NCBI GenBank assembly: GCA_900617105.1
Contig: UYFQ01000703.1
Span: 1-39,164, forward strand
Reading direction: 5' to 3'
Origin: Hydrurus foetidus
Taxonomy: Eukaryota
DNA: 39,164 bases
In this document: in pieces, positions 12,201 through 22,841 of the stretch
Layout of the letters: every line of letters starts with the position of its first letter
Numbering within the stretch: the first letter of the stretch is position 1
Program-made: the position numbers and the translations under genes
Notes under the pieces: generated by a model
Told to the model about the DNA's origin: nothing
Seen by the model: only the letters and a program-made list of their open reading frames with translations
Database searches by the model: none

Positions 12201-13741
12201 TGACACCTACCAGTCCCTCCAACTCATCCCTCGTTCCAGTGTCGAATCCAAAGCCATCTTCCTACGTAGTCAAATGCTGATCAAGAAGAAATCCAACGGC
12301 ATTGTCACTGCCCGCCTCGCCATCGACGGTAGCCGCCAACCACGTGAATCCTACAACGATACATACGCAGGAACCTCCGACACAACCAATCGTGCCTTCA
12401 TCCTCAGCTCCTACCTCGCCGATGCTGCACACCGTAACTGCCTCGACCAGCTCCTCCTTGGAGACTTCGATTTTCCAGGCGCCTTCCTCCACAACAAGCT
12501 CACACGCGAGATGACCAACGGCCACCAGCTAATCGCGATCCTCCCGGCCGACCTCCCTAGTCCCCTCGCCAACAAGCTCGCAGAAATCACTGGCTGTTGC
12601 TATGGTATAAAGCAAGCCAACCACGAATACGACAAAGACCTCATCAACCTCCTAACATCTGCTGGCTTTCACCCAACACTCTCTGACCACCACAGCTTTT
12701 ATAAGCAATGTCCCGACAACCCCGCCGACTCACTGACCCTCAACATGCATGTCGACGATGGATGGTACGTCACTTGCTCCCGTACACTACGCGATGAACT
12801 CAAAACCATCCTTACAGGACGCTACGGACCCATAGCCTTCAATGATGCCTCGACAGGTGTCTGCGGAGTCCGTCTAACACGTAACGCTGACCACTCATGT
12901 ACTCTCGACCAAGGCGCCCACATCTGAAGTTCTTACATCAATCTGGCATGGACCTCGTCCCCCCCGCACTTACACCATCCACCGCAAACTTCTTCGACCC
13001 CCCATCCGACCTTACCCCAGTAGACCGCACCCGCTTCTTACGCATCAACGGCACTCTCATATTCCTACTTTCAATTCGACACGATATCAGGAAAGAAGTT
13101 GTCCACCTATGCACTCGAAACATTTCCCCAACCCAATCCGACCTCTCAAAACAAATCCACCTCCTCCGATATCTCAAAGGCTGCCCCCACATCGGCCCTA
13201 CTTTCTCCGCCAACCCATCCTCATTTCCATCCGGAGTCACTATCCTCGCTGCCGCTGACTCATCCCACGCATGCCATCCGGATGGACACTCTCACTCTGC
13301 GTACACTATCCAGATCGGCACGACCAACGCTTCATTCGCCGTCCACTCTTCCGCTGAAATTTCCGGCGTCGCCCTCAGCCCCTGCGAAGCTGAGTATCTC
13401 GCCCTCGGAAGATGCGCGAAAGATGTCAAACTCTTCCGACAGTTTGCAGCAGATCTAGGCTTCCCCCAAACATCTCCAACAGTTATCCTCGAAGATAACC
13501 AACCAGCTATCAATCTGACCACCGCACACCAGATCACCCGCAAGTCCCGCCACATCGCCCTCAAATCACACTACATACGCTGGCTTTACAAAACCAAAGA
13601 GATTGTCCCCAACACATAGGTACTCATGACATGATTGCCGATGGTCTCATCAAAAGCCTCACCCCCTCCAAATTCTTATGGTTCCGCAGCAAACTACTCA
13701 ACACTCCAACTACTTCACACAACCCTCACTCATCATTGTAA
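9243..13741 (+). pseudogene. copia gag-pol of B (heavily deleted and frameshifted)
   Basis: Gag-like N-terminus (NWSQW); IN zinc finger LHIELCH...CPHC (about 10790-10925) with a truncated core; RT TARLAIDG, DFPGAFLH, CYGIKQA, MHVDD (12121-12927); RNase H ADSSH, SPCEAEY, EDNQPA, MIADGLIK. Confidence 0.88.
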
Positions 13742-13829
13742 TTTCTCACCCCCCCTACATATAGTACTCCACATTTCTCAATATAACATAAGCCACATAT
13801 CGATTCATCATATATCACTTACCGGCGCA

Positions 13830-14004
13830 TGTCATTGCATTGTCATTTCAAACACAAACACACAACACAATGCTCACCGAACGACCGAGCGGTCCCAACG
13901 GCACGATGACGATCCGATCTTTCCACGTTGAAGCAGTTCAGAAGAGAACTGGTCGCGACCAGTTCTCCAACAGCTACACATTGTCCATTTCAATTGCATT
14001 CATT
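13830..14004 (+). repeat. 3' LTR of B, left part
   Basis: Matches 8937-9111. Confidence 0.95.
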
Positions 14005-14437
14005 AGAGTGTTCCTGATTCGTCCAAAAACGGGTAAAAGACAAATAAAAAAGACAAATCTGTCTCGAAACCATCGAAACCTCGTGCCCCTCGGACGAATT
14101 TTCGCAGAATCTGTCCTGCCTCGAGACAACATATCATCATTCAGAAACCCACTGTAAGAAAACTTCACTGGCAGCCGATCATGAGATTCTATCGCAGACC
14201 AGCGATTAAAAAGTTGTCACTTCGTCGGAGATGGTTAGGACTGACATCCTTGATGCGAATCTCGTGCAGAAAACTTGAGAAGGTGGACTTTGAGACTTTA
14301 TCTTTCGAACGTCAACGTCTCTAACAGCGTCGCAATCCATTACCTAGATTATCATCAAGCTCGTCAGAATCTTCCGCCGGATCAGATATGTTGAAAGTAG
14401 GAGGAAAGTAACGAGACTGAAGAGAGCAATTCTGAGA

Positions 14438-15559
14438 TTGTTGATTCGACGTCACAAGATAGTCAGTGTTCCCAAGGAATTAGAGGAGAAGCTGCCGAGA
14501 ATACGGAATCTTCGCAGAACAATTGATTCATTCTCCGACGAGGAAATTCCCGTCTACTTTCGATTCCGGAGTAAAGAGCAGCTTCATCGTCTGATGCGGG
14601 GTTTTCAAATTCCGATGCAAGTCAAATTACCTAAGACGGGCAATGTATTCGAAGGGGAAGAACTGCTTCTTATCGGACTGTATAGACTCCACCGACCAAC
14701 GACACTATCTGAAGGCGGTTTCAAGCTCATCTTTGGAATGGGACATACAGCAGTGTCAATGGCCTTCAATGCTTTCCTTGATTTCATAGTGGATAAATGG
14801 AGTTACATCATCACGGATAACATGGATTTTTGGCTACTGTATTTACCAGACTGTGCACAGGCCATCCGAGATAAATGTGTCGAAAAGGGTTGCTACTTTC
14901 CAGATGCGCGATCACCCGGAGGACTTAGAGTAGCAGCGTTTATAGACAACACTATGAACGCTACCTGCCGCCCTGGTGGAGGTCCTGCGCGAGATGGCCG
15001 AGATGCGCCGAGGAACGACCCTCTCATTCAGCGCGCCTGGTACAGCGGCTGGAAAAAGCTCCACGGAATGAAATATCAGACTATAGATATGCCGAATGGG
15101 ATGAACTTACATGTCTGGGGTCCCATCAGCGTGAGACACAACGATCTGACATCATTAAGAGATTCTGATGTCAATCAGAAAATAGTCGATATGCAAATCA
15201 ATGAACCGCTTCAGTGGGTATTCTACGGGGACTCTGCCTATGTTCATGTGCCAGATTCGCATATTCTAGCGAGGCACCATAACGAAGTCAACACTGAGCG
15301 TCAGAACCAAGAGAAAAGATGTCTCTCAGCTTGTCGTGAGTGCATCGAATGGGACTACGGCGACGTCGGAAAGATGTGGTCGATGGTGGATTACAAAAAG
15401 GTTTTAAAAATGCAATTAATGCCTGTTAAGGATATCTATTTGACTGCTCTAATACTAAGGAATGCTTACGTCACAATGAATGGTGGTACCGCTCCAGAAT
15501 ATTTTAATTTGACTCCACCAACTTTTGAAGTGTGGGTACAACAGGGTCCACGCTGTTAA
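14438..15559 (+). CDS. Harbinger/HARBI1-type DDE transposase (true start probably upstream and disrupted)
   Basis: FRFR..L HTH-like region, FIDNT, YSGWKKLHGMKYQ..PNG..GP..RHND, YGDSAY, RECIEW. The ORF track start is a TTG; the upstream ATG at 14231 is followed by stops. Confidence 0.88.
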   Translation: MLIRRHKIVSVPKELEEKLPRIRNLRRTIDSFSDEEIPVYFRFRSKEQLHRLMRGFQIPMQVKLPKTGNVFEGEELLLIGLYRLHRPTTLSEGGFKLIFGMGHTAVSMAFNAFLDFIVDKWSYIITDNMDFWLLYLPDCAQAIRDKCVEKGCYFPDARSPGGLRVAAFIDNTMNATCRPGGGPARDGRDAPRNDPLIQRAWYSGWKKLHGMKYQTIDMPNGMNLHVWGPISVRHNDLTSLRDSDVNQKIVDMQINEPLQWVFYGDSAYVHVPDSHILARHHNEVNTERQNQEKRCLSACRECIEWDYGDVGKMWSMVDYKKVLKMQLMPVKDIYLTALILRNAYVTMNGGTAPEYFNLTPPTFEVWVQQGPRC

Positions 15560-15610
15560 ACCTTATTGTTTAATAATATATTTCATTTTCGTTTTCATAA
15601 ACACTTCACT

Positions 15611-16474
15611 TTAAAACGTATCTTTCATGTTTCTCGCGAAGAACTCCATCATTTTCATTTGTAAGTTGGACGCGGCGAGGTCCGCTTTGGATCGTTCCAT
15701 TTCGGCTTTTGAACGCTCAAACGACATCTTCTCCTCTGAATCCATTCTTCTTTTCTCAATGTCTCGCGCGTGTGCTCTGTCGGCAATTGAGTCTTCCAGC
15801 CTTTGCTTTCTCTCAGCAATCTCCAATTCTAGGAGTCGTGGATCGTCTTTCATTGCCTTTAGAACCTCGACTTCAAAGTCTTCCCCTGCCTTGTCCTGCT
15901 GTTGAAATGATGGAGACCGTCTTCTTTTAATTGTTTTCGGGACGATGGTGCTTCCATCAGAGCAATCAGAAACAACATCCTCAGGAGAAGCTGCAGAGAA
16001 CTCCTCTTCCTCATGTCTGTCATGTCGCGCCAGCATTTTCTTCTCGTGCGTAATCATCTTATCGTTTCGCTCTTTGTCTTTCACTTTCTGATCCTCTTTT
16101 GCTTTTGCTGTTTCAAACCTCTCTTTCAGCATCGTCAGGACCAGCTTATCCAGCTCCGAGGGCTCCTCGTCTAGGCCAGACAGATTTGCCCCCTCGACAC
16201 TGATTGCGTACTTGGTGTCGACGTTAAAGGCGATACGGTCCCACTTCTTTTTTAAGGCAGCACCATCCAACATGGCTCCCGAAAATGCTTGATCAGAGCT
16301 GATTTTAATGCTCACTGCAGTAAACTTGTCAGTCAAATTGGTATCTCTCCGCATGTAACCTTTTTCCTTAAAGACATAGTTTGCTAGAGTGAGCTCCTTT
16401 TGCTCAGTCCAAGCAAAATTACGCTTCACAGGCTTCGCTGCCTTTTGAGTTGGGGGGTTTTCAATCTCTTGCAT
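15611..16474 (-). CDS. Harbinger accessory protein (Myb/SANT-like N-terminus, coiled-coil C-terminus)
   Basis: FAWTEQKELTL...LKKKW pattern and an E/K/R-rich tail; lies within the TIRs, convergent with the transposase; ATG at 16474. Confidence 0.75.
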   Translation of the reverse strand: MQEIENPPTQKAAKPVKRNFAWTEQKELTLANYVFKEKGYMRRDTNLTDKFTAVSIKISSDQAFSGAMLDGAALKKKWDRIAFNVDTKYAISVEGANLSGLDEEPSELDKLVLTMLKERFETAKAKEDQKVKDKERNDKMITHEKKMLARHDRHEEEEFSAASPEDVVSDCSDGSTIVPKTIKRRRSPSFQQQDKAGEDFEVEVLKAMKDDPRLLELEIAERKQRLEDSIADRAHARDIEKRRMDSEEKMSFERSKAEMERSKADLAASNLQMKMMEFFARNMKDTF

Positions 16475-16677
16475 TGTTAATTGATTGTGCCATTGTGCGC
16501 ATCGCAATGAAGCAAGTTTGTAAATCTTCAGAAAAAATTTCGAATTTATTTGAATCTTTTTGAAAATGTGTCCTATTTACTGACAGACAAATCAGAACCA
16601 CCTGCTTTTTGTCTTGCGTATGGGGACAGACTTGTCCACGGACAAATTTGTCCTGGACGGATCAGGAACACTCTATT

Positions 16678-16793
16678 CCACTCAATTCACCTCATCGTTT
16701 CCATTCCACAATCACAGTCTTTCACTCGGTAAACTTAAAAACCAATTCTGTTTCTACCGTTTTCCGTTTCTGGATTACCACCGAATCCCGACA
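16678..16793 (+). repeat. 3' LTR of B, right part
   Basis: Matches 9112-9227 and ends CCCGACA. Confidence 0.95.
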
Positions 16794-16798
16794 CCGGT

Positions 16799-16840
16799 AG
16801 CACGAGTCACTAAGCATCCGGACTTAGAGAAAGCCCAACA
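16799..16840 (+). repeat. 3' LTR of A1, right part
   Basis: Resembles 3664-3705 and ends GCCCAACA. Confidence 0.9.
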
Positions 16841-16849
16841 CATATAGTA

Positions 16850-17169
16850 TGTTGGGCTTTCTCTAAATCCGGATGCTTAGTGGCGCGTGCTTCCGGTGAC
16901 CCAAGGCTCGTAAAATAGACTTGTACTGTGTAATTACTTGATAATTAAACTTGTGCACCGGCATCAATCAAGACGGCAACGAAGCTTTACATATCAAGGC
17001 AATTGCACATGTTCTATCCATGTTGAAGATAGATGAATGGATGGCTCCATGAGCCCATACAACCAACGGTCCACAGTCCACATCCCCAGGATGCACACCG
17101 CTGACCGTCAGGATCCACACACATATACTATACAACTACAGCAGTGTCTTTTCTCCGGATACTCCAACA
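16850..17169 (-). repeat. 3' LTR of A2
   Basis: Reverse complement of the family A LTR. Confidence 0.95.
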
Positions 17170-17312
17170 CACCCAACAGTCACGCAGTAGTTGAGCACCC
17201 AGGCACGCAATGGATTTTCATGTCAGCAATAAAATAAATGTGAATTGATTTGCAAGCAGTAATGTCTAACTAAATATCTTTTGACGGTGAGCTGTCTTTG
17301 TCGCCGGCACCC

Positions 17313-19643
17313 TTAATTCTTCTCGCACGCTGTGGACCACCCCGTGAGCCCATCTCTCTCTCTTTGGAACTGGCATCCTTGAAGCGGCTTGGTCAGTACG
17401 TTCGCGTACATGTCCTCGCTCCGTAAGTACTCCACACGCACTTCACCGGTCACCACCCGCTCTTTCACCCAGAAGTAACGGATCTGGATATGGCGTGTGC
17501 GCTCCGCTCCTGATCTGCCGCGCTCCACCAGGGCCATACACGATTGGTTGTCTTGGTAGATGGTCACCGGCTCCATTTTGTACCCCTGTGCAATGAGAAA
17601 AATACGGATGAATATGCCTTGATTAGCTGAGTCGGACAGCCCAACCAGCTCCGCCTCCGTGCTAGACTTGGTGACTATTGTCTGCTTCGAAGATCGACAG
17701 TGAACGGCCCCGATGTCTCCAATCACAACGCAGCTGCCAGTGTGGGATCTCCCATCACTGTGTACACCGTATGATGCGTCCACAAATAGTCGCACTGAGA
17801 TCCCCCCTGCACCCGGCCTCAGCACTACGCCGCTGTCCCTTGTCGCATGTACGTACCGCACTAATCGCTGTAACTTGTCCACATCATCTGAGGTGCACTT
17901 ATTCACACGTGTCGCCAGGAAAGCCACCGCCACTAGGCACTCCGGCTTAGTACGCTTGGCTAGGTAGAGCACCATTGCGACCACTTTGTGGAACCAGACT
18001 CGCACTGGCTCTGTCACTCCTGTGGCACTCTCCCTTGTCTCGAATAGCCCTTCTGTTGCTGGTGTCCGTGCCACACCCCTCACCCCTGATACCTTCACTA
18101 TCTCGTCACAGTATCCTGTGGTGGTTATCATCGCCTGTCCTGGTACATGCATGTCGATTGCCATACCGAGATAATTTATGATAGGACCATGCGATAAAGT
18201 GATTGCTCCGTACCTCTTTCGCAGTCCATCGACTAGGTGGAGCATTGAGTCTGTGCTCTTACTCGTAATGAGTAGATCATCTACGTGTACTGCAGCAGTG
18301 CACTGATGCCCATCTGGGCCCGTCCGGTTGAATACGCATTTATCGCTGATATTCTGTATGTACCCCAGTCCCCGCATCGTGACGTGCAAATTCTCATACC
18401 ACAATCCCGCGCTCTCGACACACCCGTATAGCGCTTTCTTTAGATGCACGGTCACTCCCCCTTTAGCATCCGTGTACTTACCGTACGATGGGTCGATGTC
18501 GATAATGATGTCTGTCATGGTGCGATCGAGGCGCATATGCACCGGCACTCCCGATGGCATGTCCGCGTTAAGGTACGCCCCACTGATGTCAACAACTGCG
18601 ACTCTACGCCTTTCATGTGCTGCAATCGCTAGTAGTGTGAATACAGCACTAGTGGACACAGTTGGGGAGGATAAGTCCTCGTACAGGCTCTTGTCTTGTT
18701 GGTCGCCCCCTGCGACCAGTCTAGCCTTGAGCTTGTGGAAGCTTCCGTCTGGGTTGTTCTTCTGCTTCAGGAACATGGACGATCTGATGGTTGCTGCTCT
18801 CTGCATTGCAGACAGCTTGCCACCCAACACCGGCACCCATACCCTCTTGTCTATCATCTGTTTTAGCTCTGAAACGATGACTTTCTTAGCCTCATTTCCT
18901 CTAGTGCGAAACGCCTCTTTGACACTGATGTTGGCTGTGCTGCTCTTGCTCATTTCCTCCCTATGTCGCTTTATCACTTCCTCTAGATCGTGTGTCCCGG
19001 GTCCTGAGTTCGCTGATCTAGGGGTGGTACCCCCAACGTTTGTCACGAACGCGTCTTCGCTCGTACGAACTGACCGTGTCACCATACGTTCCGTTGGTGC
19101 AGGTGTTCTACGTTGCTCTCTAACTGTCGGTTGCACTGTGTGTGCTGGTTGCTGAGGGAATGACGTGCTGTCAGGTTCAACTGTGTCGACTGGACTGTCG
19201 TCTGGTTCGGGTGATGGTGCTAGTGAGGGTGGCGATGTAAGTACGTCGTGCACTTGCACCCCGCTTGTATCGGGTTCCTCAATTCCGATTTCATCTGGTG
19301 GTGATAATGATGTTGCTTCAAATGGGACTGGTACCTCCCCCCCCACATTGGAAAGTGGAATCTCGTAAATGTTGTCGGCTGGTTGTAGGTCAGTGAGAGT
19401 GGATTGGTCTACCGATCCGGCGTCGACAAGTGCATCCTGAGTGGGGGGGTTGGTAATGAAGTGTGGCATTTTAGACTTGTCGAGACTGTTCGCGAATAGC
19501 AGTTCATCAAACACATGCAATTGAGTTTGAATGATTTTCTTCCCTTCTAACTGCCGGCATTCAGTGTCAGGATGACTACTGCGGCATCGGCAGTATCTTG
19601 AATTGGTCGCGAGTGACGACTTGCCGGTTGCCTTTGAGAGCAT
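17313..19643 (-). pseudogene. A2 pol C-terminal part (intact RT and RNase H frame; no protease or integrase core)
   Basis: VDISGAYLNA, KKALYG, VHVDD, VDASY, SSTEAE; nearly identical to A1. Confidence 0.9.
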
Positions 19644-19649
19644 CTTGAA

Positions 19650-20376
19650 CGATTGGTCTAATCGGTGTGTACTTCAGCATGCCAACACCTCTTTGGCTTA
19701 CCTGATTGTCGAAGCGTGTCTTGAAATCGCCTATTATTTCACGTTCACCTTGTCTGAGGTAGTTGTACCGAATCGTTTGCTCGTGAACGTTCATTGCTCT
19801 CATTGAATCATCTTCTCCGTAGATGTGAGTTAAGTGGCTCCTACGAATGTACTCCCACAGTTTCACACTGTCAAGTCTGAGGCGGGCCGCTTCAAATCCT
19901 GGTTCCTCGCGCACCTTGGATTTGGACCCCGTCGACATTCTCGACCACATGAGTGGAAAGAGCTTTTGCTCGTCGACTTTTTGAGTCTCTACTGCCTTGC
20001 GGCGTCCCTCGAACGCATTGGCTCTCAGCCTGTCGATAAGTGCCTCGGAGTACACGACAGGGGGCTCTGGAGGAAGCTGTGGCCCGATCATGACATTTTC
20101 GAAGTCTACGGACTCGTCTTCCTCGTCTTCGTTTTCGGTACCCGCTGTCGGGGTATCGATTTCCACCGTTAGAAAGGTGGGATTGTAGTCCTCCTCGCGA
20201 GGATACGGATGGACGTAACTCTTGTTGGTGGTGAAGAACGTGCCCGTCATCCCGTAGAGGCCGCATGCCTCGTTCTGCATATCTTCCCTCCACTGCACCA
20301 CGTTGTTGTAACGCCCAAATTTCAGTATGCACTGCTCTGCACCTGATTTTGGTTCTTCTTGTTTCTTCGGCGGCAT
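19650..20376 (-). pseudogene. A2 gag, C-terminally truncated
   Basis: MPPKKQEE... nearly identical to A1 gag, without A1's first frameshift; ends at the deletion junction near 19650. Confidence 0.9.
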
Positions 20377-20401
20377 CTCGATGCGCTGACTAGTTTAATT
20401 A

Positions 20402-20721
20402 TGTTGGGCTTTCTCTAAATCCGGATGCTTAGTGGCGCGTGCTTCCGGTGACCCAAGGCTCGTAAAATAGACTTGTACTGTGTAATTACTTGATAATTAA
20501 ACTTGTGCACCGGCATCAATCAAGACGGCAACGAAGCTTTACATATCGAGGCAATTGCACATGTTCTATCCATGTTGAAGATAGATGAATGGATGGCTCC
20601 ATGAGCCCATACAACCAACGGTCCACAGTCCACATCCCCAGGATGCACACCGCTGACCGTCAGGATCCACACACATATACTATACAACTACAGCAGTGTC
20701 TTTTCTCCGGATACTCCAACA
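20402..20721 (-). repeat. 5' LTR of A2
   Basis: Followed on the minus strand by TAATTAAACT (20401-20392), complementary to LTR positions 20494-20503. Confidence 0.95.
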
Positions 20722-20935
20722 TAGTACATATAGGTACTTCATAGAAATCGCGGTCAATGACTGGATAACTCATCGGCAGAAGGCAGAAGGCAACCAAATT
20801 GTTCACCTCGCTCAGCCTGGGCCTAACTCTGTGGGATCAACCAGAAATTTCGAAGTCACCAGTTGAACGAGATTTCTGAGTGCATAGGCAAGGACTTCTT
20901 TCATTGGAACGGCAGTAGGAGGAAGCGGCGACAAC

Positions 20936-21549
20936 ATGTTACTTCGTAGCAACATTTCAATTCCACGAGCAATGCTCAATCAGCATTGTCAGCTATCATC
21001 TAAATTGCGGACCTTCAGTAGCATCAGCGACGATGGAGAGAAAGCTCCTAAGATTGCAGAGAAGGTGATGAAGAAGGAACCGAAGAAGAGCTCCAAAGAG
21101 GATTCCAAGGGCGTGAATAAAAAACAGCAGTTGGACATCCTACAACAGTTCTATGATGCATCCGAAGCGGCGTTAAAGTATGCAATGTCGAAGCCTATAC
21201 ATTTCACGTGACATCTTTTTAACGGAGCATTTATTTCTATTTCGACAGATTTAAACCTGATTTTTCCGAGGAGGAGAAAATTGAGCACCATCGGATTGGC
21301 AGAAATTTTAACATTGAATCGTTTAAACGCCACAACAGAGATCAAAAAGACTACGCCAACAAGTGTTGGCTGATATCTGAGGCTTTGAAATCGATGCGGC
21401 CTGACCTGAGGGCAAATGCGATAATCGTCGACTCAACACCGCCACCGAAAGATAGGCCGTTTCCTATTTTTCACACCCCACCTATTAAAGGCTTCAAATT
21501 GAAAGACTACATGAAGAAAGCCGAATCATCTAGTGAATTCTCAAGTTGA
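20936..21549 (+). CDS. Mitochondrial ribosomal protein mL40-like; exons 20936-21177 and 21249-21549 (180 aa)
   Basis: A 71-bp GTATGC...GACAG intron keeps the frame; N-terminus resembles a mitochondrial transit peptide; C-terminus EALKSMRPDLRANA..D..PP..RPFP..TPPIKGF resembles the mL40/MRP-L28 motif as I recall it. Confidence 0.7.
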
Positions 21550-21663
21550 GGGGAAGAGCCATCAAATAGTTGCATATCGGAATGTTGACCTTTCGAATTT
21601 ATGGATTTTGTTAATATAAAAGAATAATTGGATCAAATCTAATGTTAGGACTAATGTCAGAGA

Positions 21664-22644
21664 TCAGTTGTTACTCTCCAATGGCGGAAATATGTAAGAT
21701 TTGAAGCGCTCCACTTCAGAAGCGGATCCATAGCAGACACCTACACGCCTATCGAGATCACCTACGATGACGTCCAGGAGTGATACTGGAGATACAGATT
21801 CAGCTGCCTCACTTGGGCAGACACACGTCGCGCCACCTGCAGCCTCGACAATAAGTGCTATAGGAGCAGCCTCAAAGAGTAGCCTGAGTTTGGCTTTCGC
21901 GGCAGGGGATGATGCATTTGCTAAGACTCCTTCTCCTTTGATCAGAATATGGTAAACATCTGGTACAAGGCCGCCACTGTAGCGCAAAGTATACTTGTTC
22001 TCAATCCAGTATGCAACCAGCCTCCTATAGCAATCATTGTCAACCGTCGCCCTCAGATTTCCTGGTGCGAAGGTTTTCCCCTTATGGGCGATGACAAGCT
22101 TATCTTTCGACACCATCCATCCTAAAGGAAGCATCGTCAGTTCCATGGCGATTGGTACGCCATCAACAGTGTTCATGCCATTTATAGCTATTGCTACAGT
22201 GACTTTCGGCCCATATTGCGCTATCATAGAGGCTGATTGTTCCCGACCACAACGATTTAGCAGCCCATTACCGGGCCATATTCCAACTATAGTGCCGACA
22301 GCAAAATTGCAGTCAACAATCGACGAGCCATCGAGGGGATCGAAGGCAACAGAAAATCCGACGCCGCCGCAGTCGATTTCAACTGGATTCTCCTCTGATG
22401 CGGCCACATGAACAAGAGAGCTCGATCGCAAACAGGCAAAAACCAGTTCATCAGTCTTCACATCGACGTCGAGCTGATGATCACCGAAAGCATTTTGAGT
22501 GCCAACCTCAGATGTTGAATAGCCGCAATCTCTAAGCGTGGTGCCAATCTCCCTTATACCTCCTAGTAATTTGGATATGAGATTGTGTAGGCCACTCTTC
22601 GTCGCTGTATTATTCAAAATTACGGTCAGTTCGGTGGGTAACAT
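21664..22644 (-). CDS. Sedoheptulose-1,7-bisphosphatase (FBPase class I family), 326 aa
   Basis: NAFGDHQLDVD, ASEE, FDPLDGSSIVDCNFAVGTI, FAPGNLRAT, YTLRYSGGLVPDV, KLRLLFEAAP; first ATG at 22644; intronless. Confidence 0.9.
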   Translation of the reverse strand: MLPTELTVILNNTATKSGLHNLISKLLGGIREIGTTLRDCGYSTSEVGTQNAFGDHQLDVDVKTDELVFACLRSSSLVHVAASEENPVEIDCGGVGFSVAFDPLDGSSIVDCNFAVGTIVGIWPGNGLLNRCGREQSASMIAQYGPKVTVAIAINGMNTVDGVPIAMELTMLPLGWMVSKDKLVIAHKGKTFAPGNLRATVDNDCYRRLVAYWIENKYTLRYSGGLVPDVYHILIKGEGVLANASSPAAKAKLRLLFEAAPIALIVEAAGGATCVCPSEAAESVSPVSLLDVIVGDLDRRVGVCYGSASEVERFKSYIFPPLESNN

Positions 22645-22799
22645 TATTCTCGACTTCCTCAAGTATGTCAGTTCTCGGAGCTGGTCCGCACGTTGAACTG
22701 CATGCAATTTATGCTGCCGTAGGGGTTGGAGACGCTCTCTACACCAGACGAGATGGATGGTAAAGATAGGCAAATGGGCAAAATACTGCACCGACTGGA

Positions 22800-22841
22800 T
22801 GTCGTAACTAAGGATCAGTTTCCACTGAATGGAAAACTATA
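22800..22841 (-). repeat. 3' LTR of C, distal fragment
   Basis: Identical to 33658-33699. Confidence 0.93.

Larger units (their letters stand above)
14005..16674. mobile_element. PIF/Harbinger-superfamily DNA transposon (Pangu-like by TSD), 2670 bp
   Basis: 21-bp TIR AGAGTGTTCCTGATYCGTCCA (1 mismatch); 3-bp TSD ATT (14002-14004, 16675-16677) confirmed against the intact LTR; two convergent ORFs. Confidence 0.92.
8937..16793 (+). mobile_element. Ty1/copia element B (C-rich; 3' LTR interrupted by a Harbinger-type transposon)
   Basis: LTRs TGTCA...CGACA at 8937-9227 and 13830-14004 plus 16678-16793; perfect 5-bp TSD CCGGT (8932-8936, 16794-16798). Confidence 0.93.
3388..16840 (+). mobile_element. 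Ty1/copia element A1 (3' LTR interrupted by element B)
   Basis: 5' LTR 3388-3705; 3' LTR 8661-8936 plus 16799-16840; gag-PR-IN-RT-RH between them. Flanks CATAG/CATAT match 4/5. Confidence 0.93.
16850..20721 (-). mobile_element. Ty1/copia element A2 (family A, internally deleted)
   Basis: 320-bp LTRs at 16850-17169 and 20402-20721 (1 difference seen); perfect TSD TAGTA (16845-16849, 20722-20726). Confidence 0.95.

Noticed and set aside
21178..21211. 91-aa ORF ending at 21211
   Set aside because: Read-through into an intron; the spliced model gives a coherent mL40-like protein.
22645..22791. N-terminal extension of SBPase as a disrupted plastid presequence
   Set aside because: It starts at GTG; joining the flanks across element C gives no in-frame ATG before a stop, and it has no signal-peptide character.
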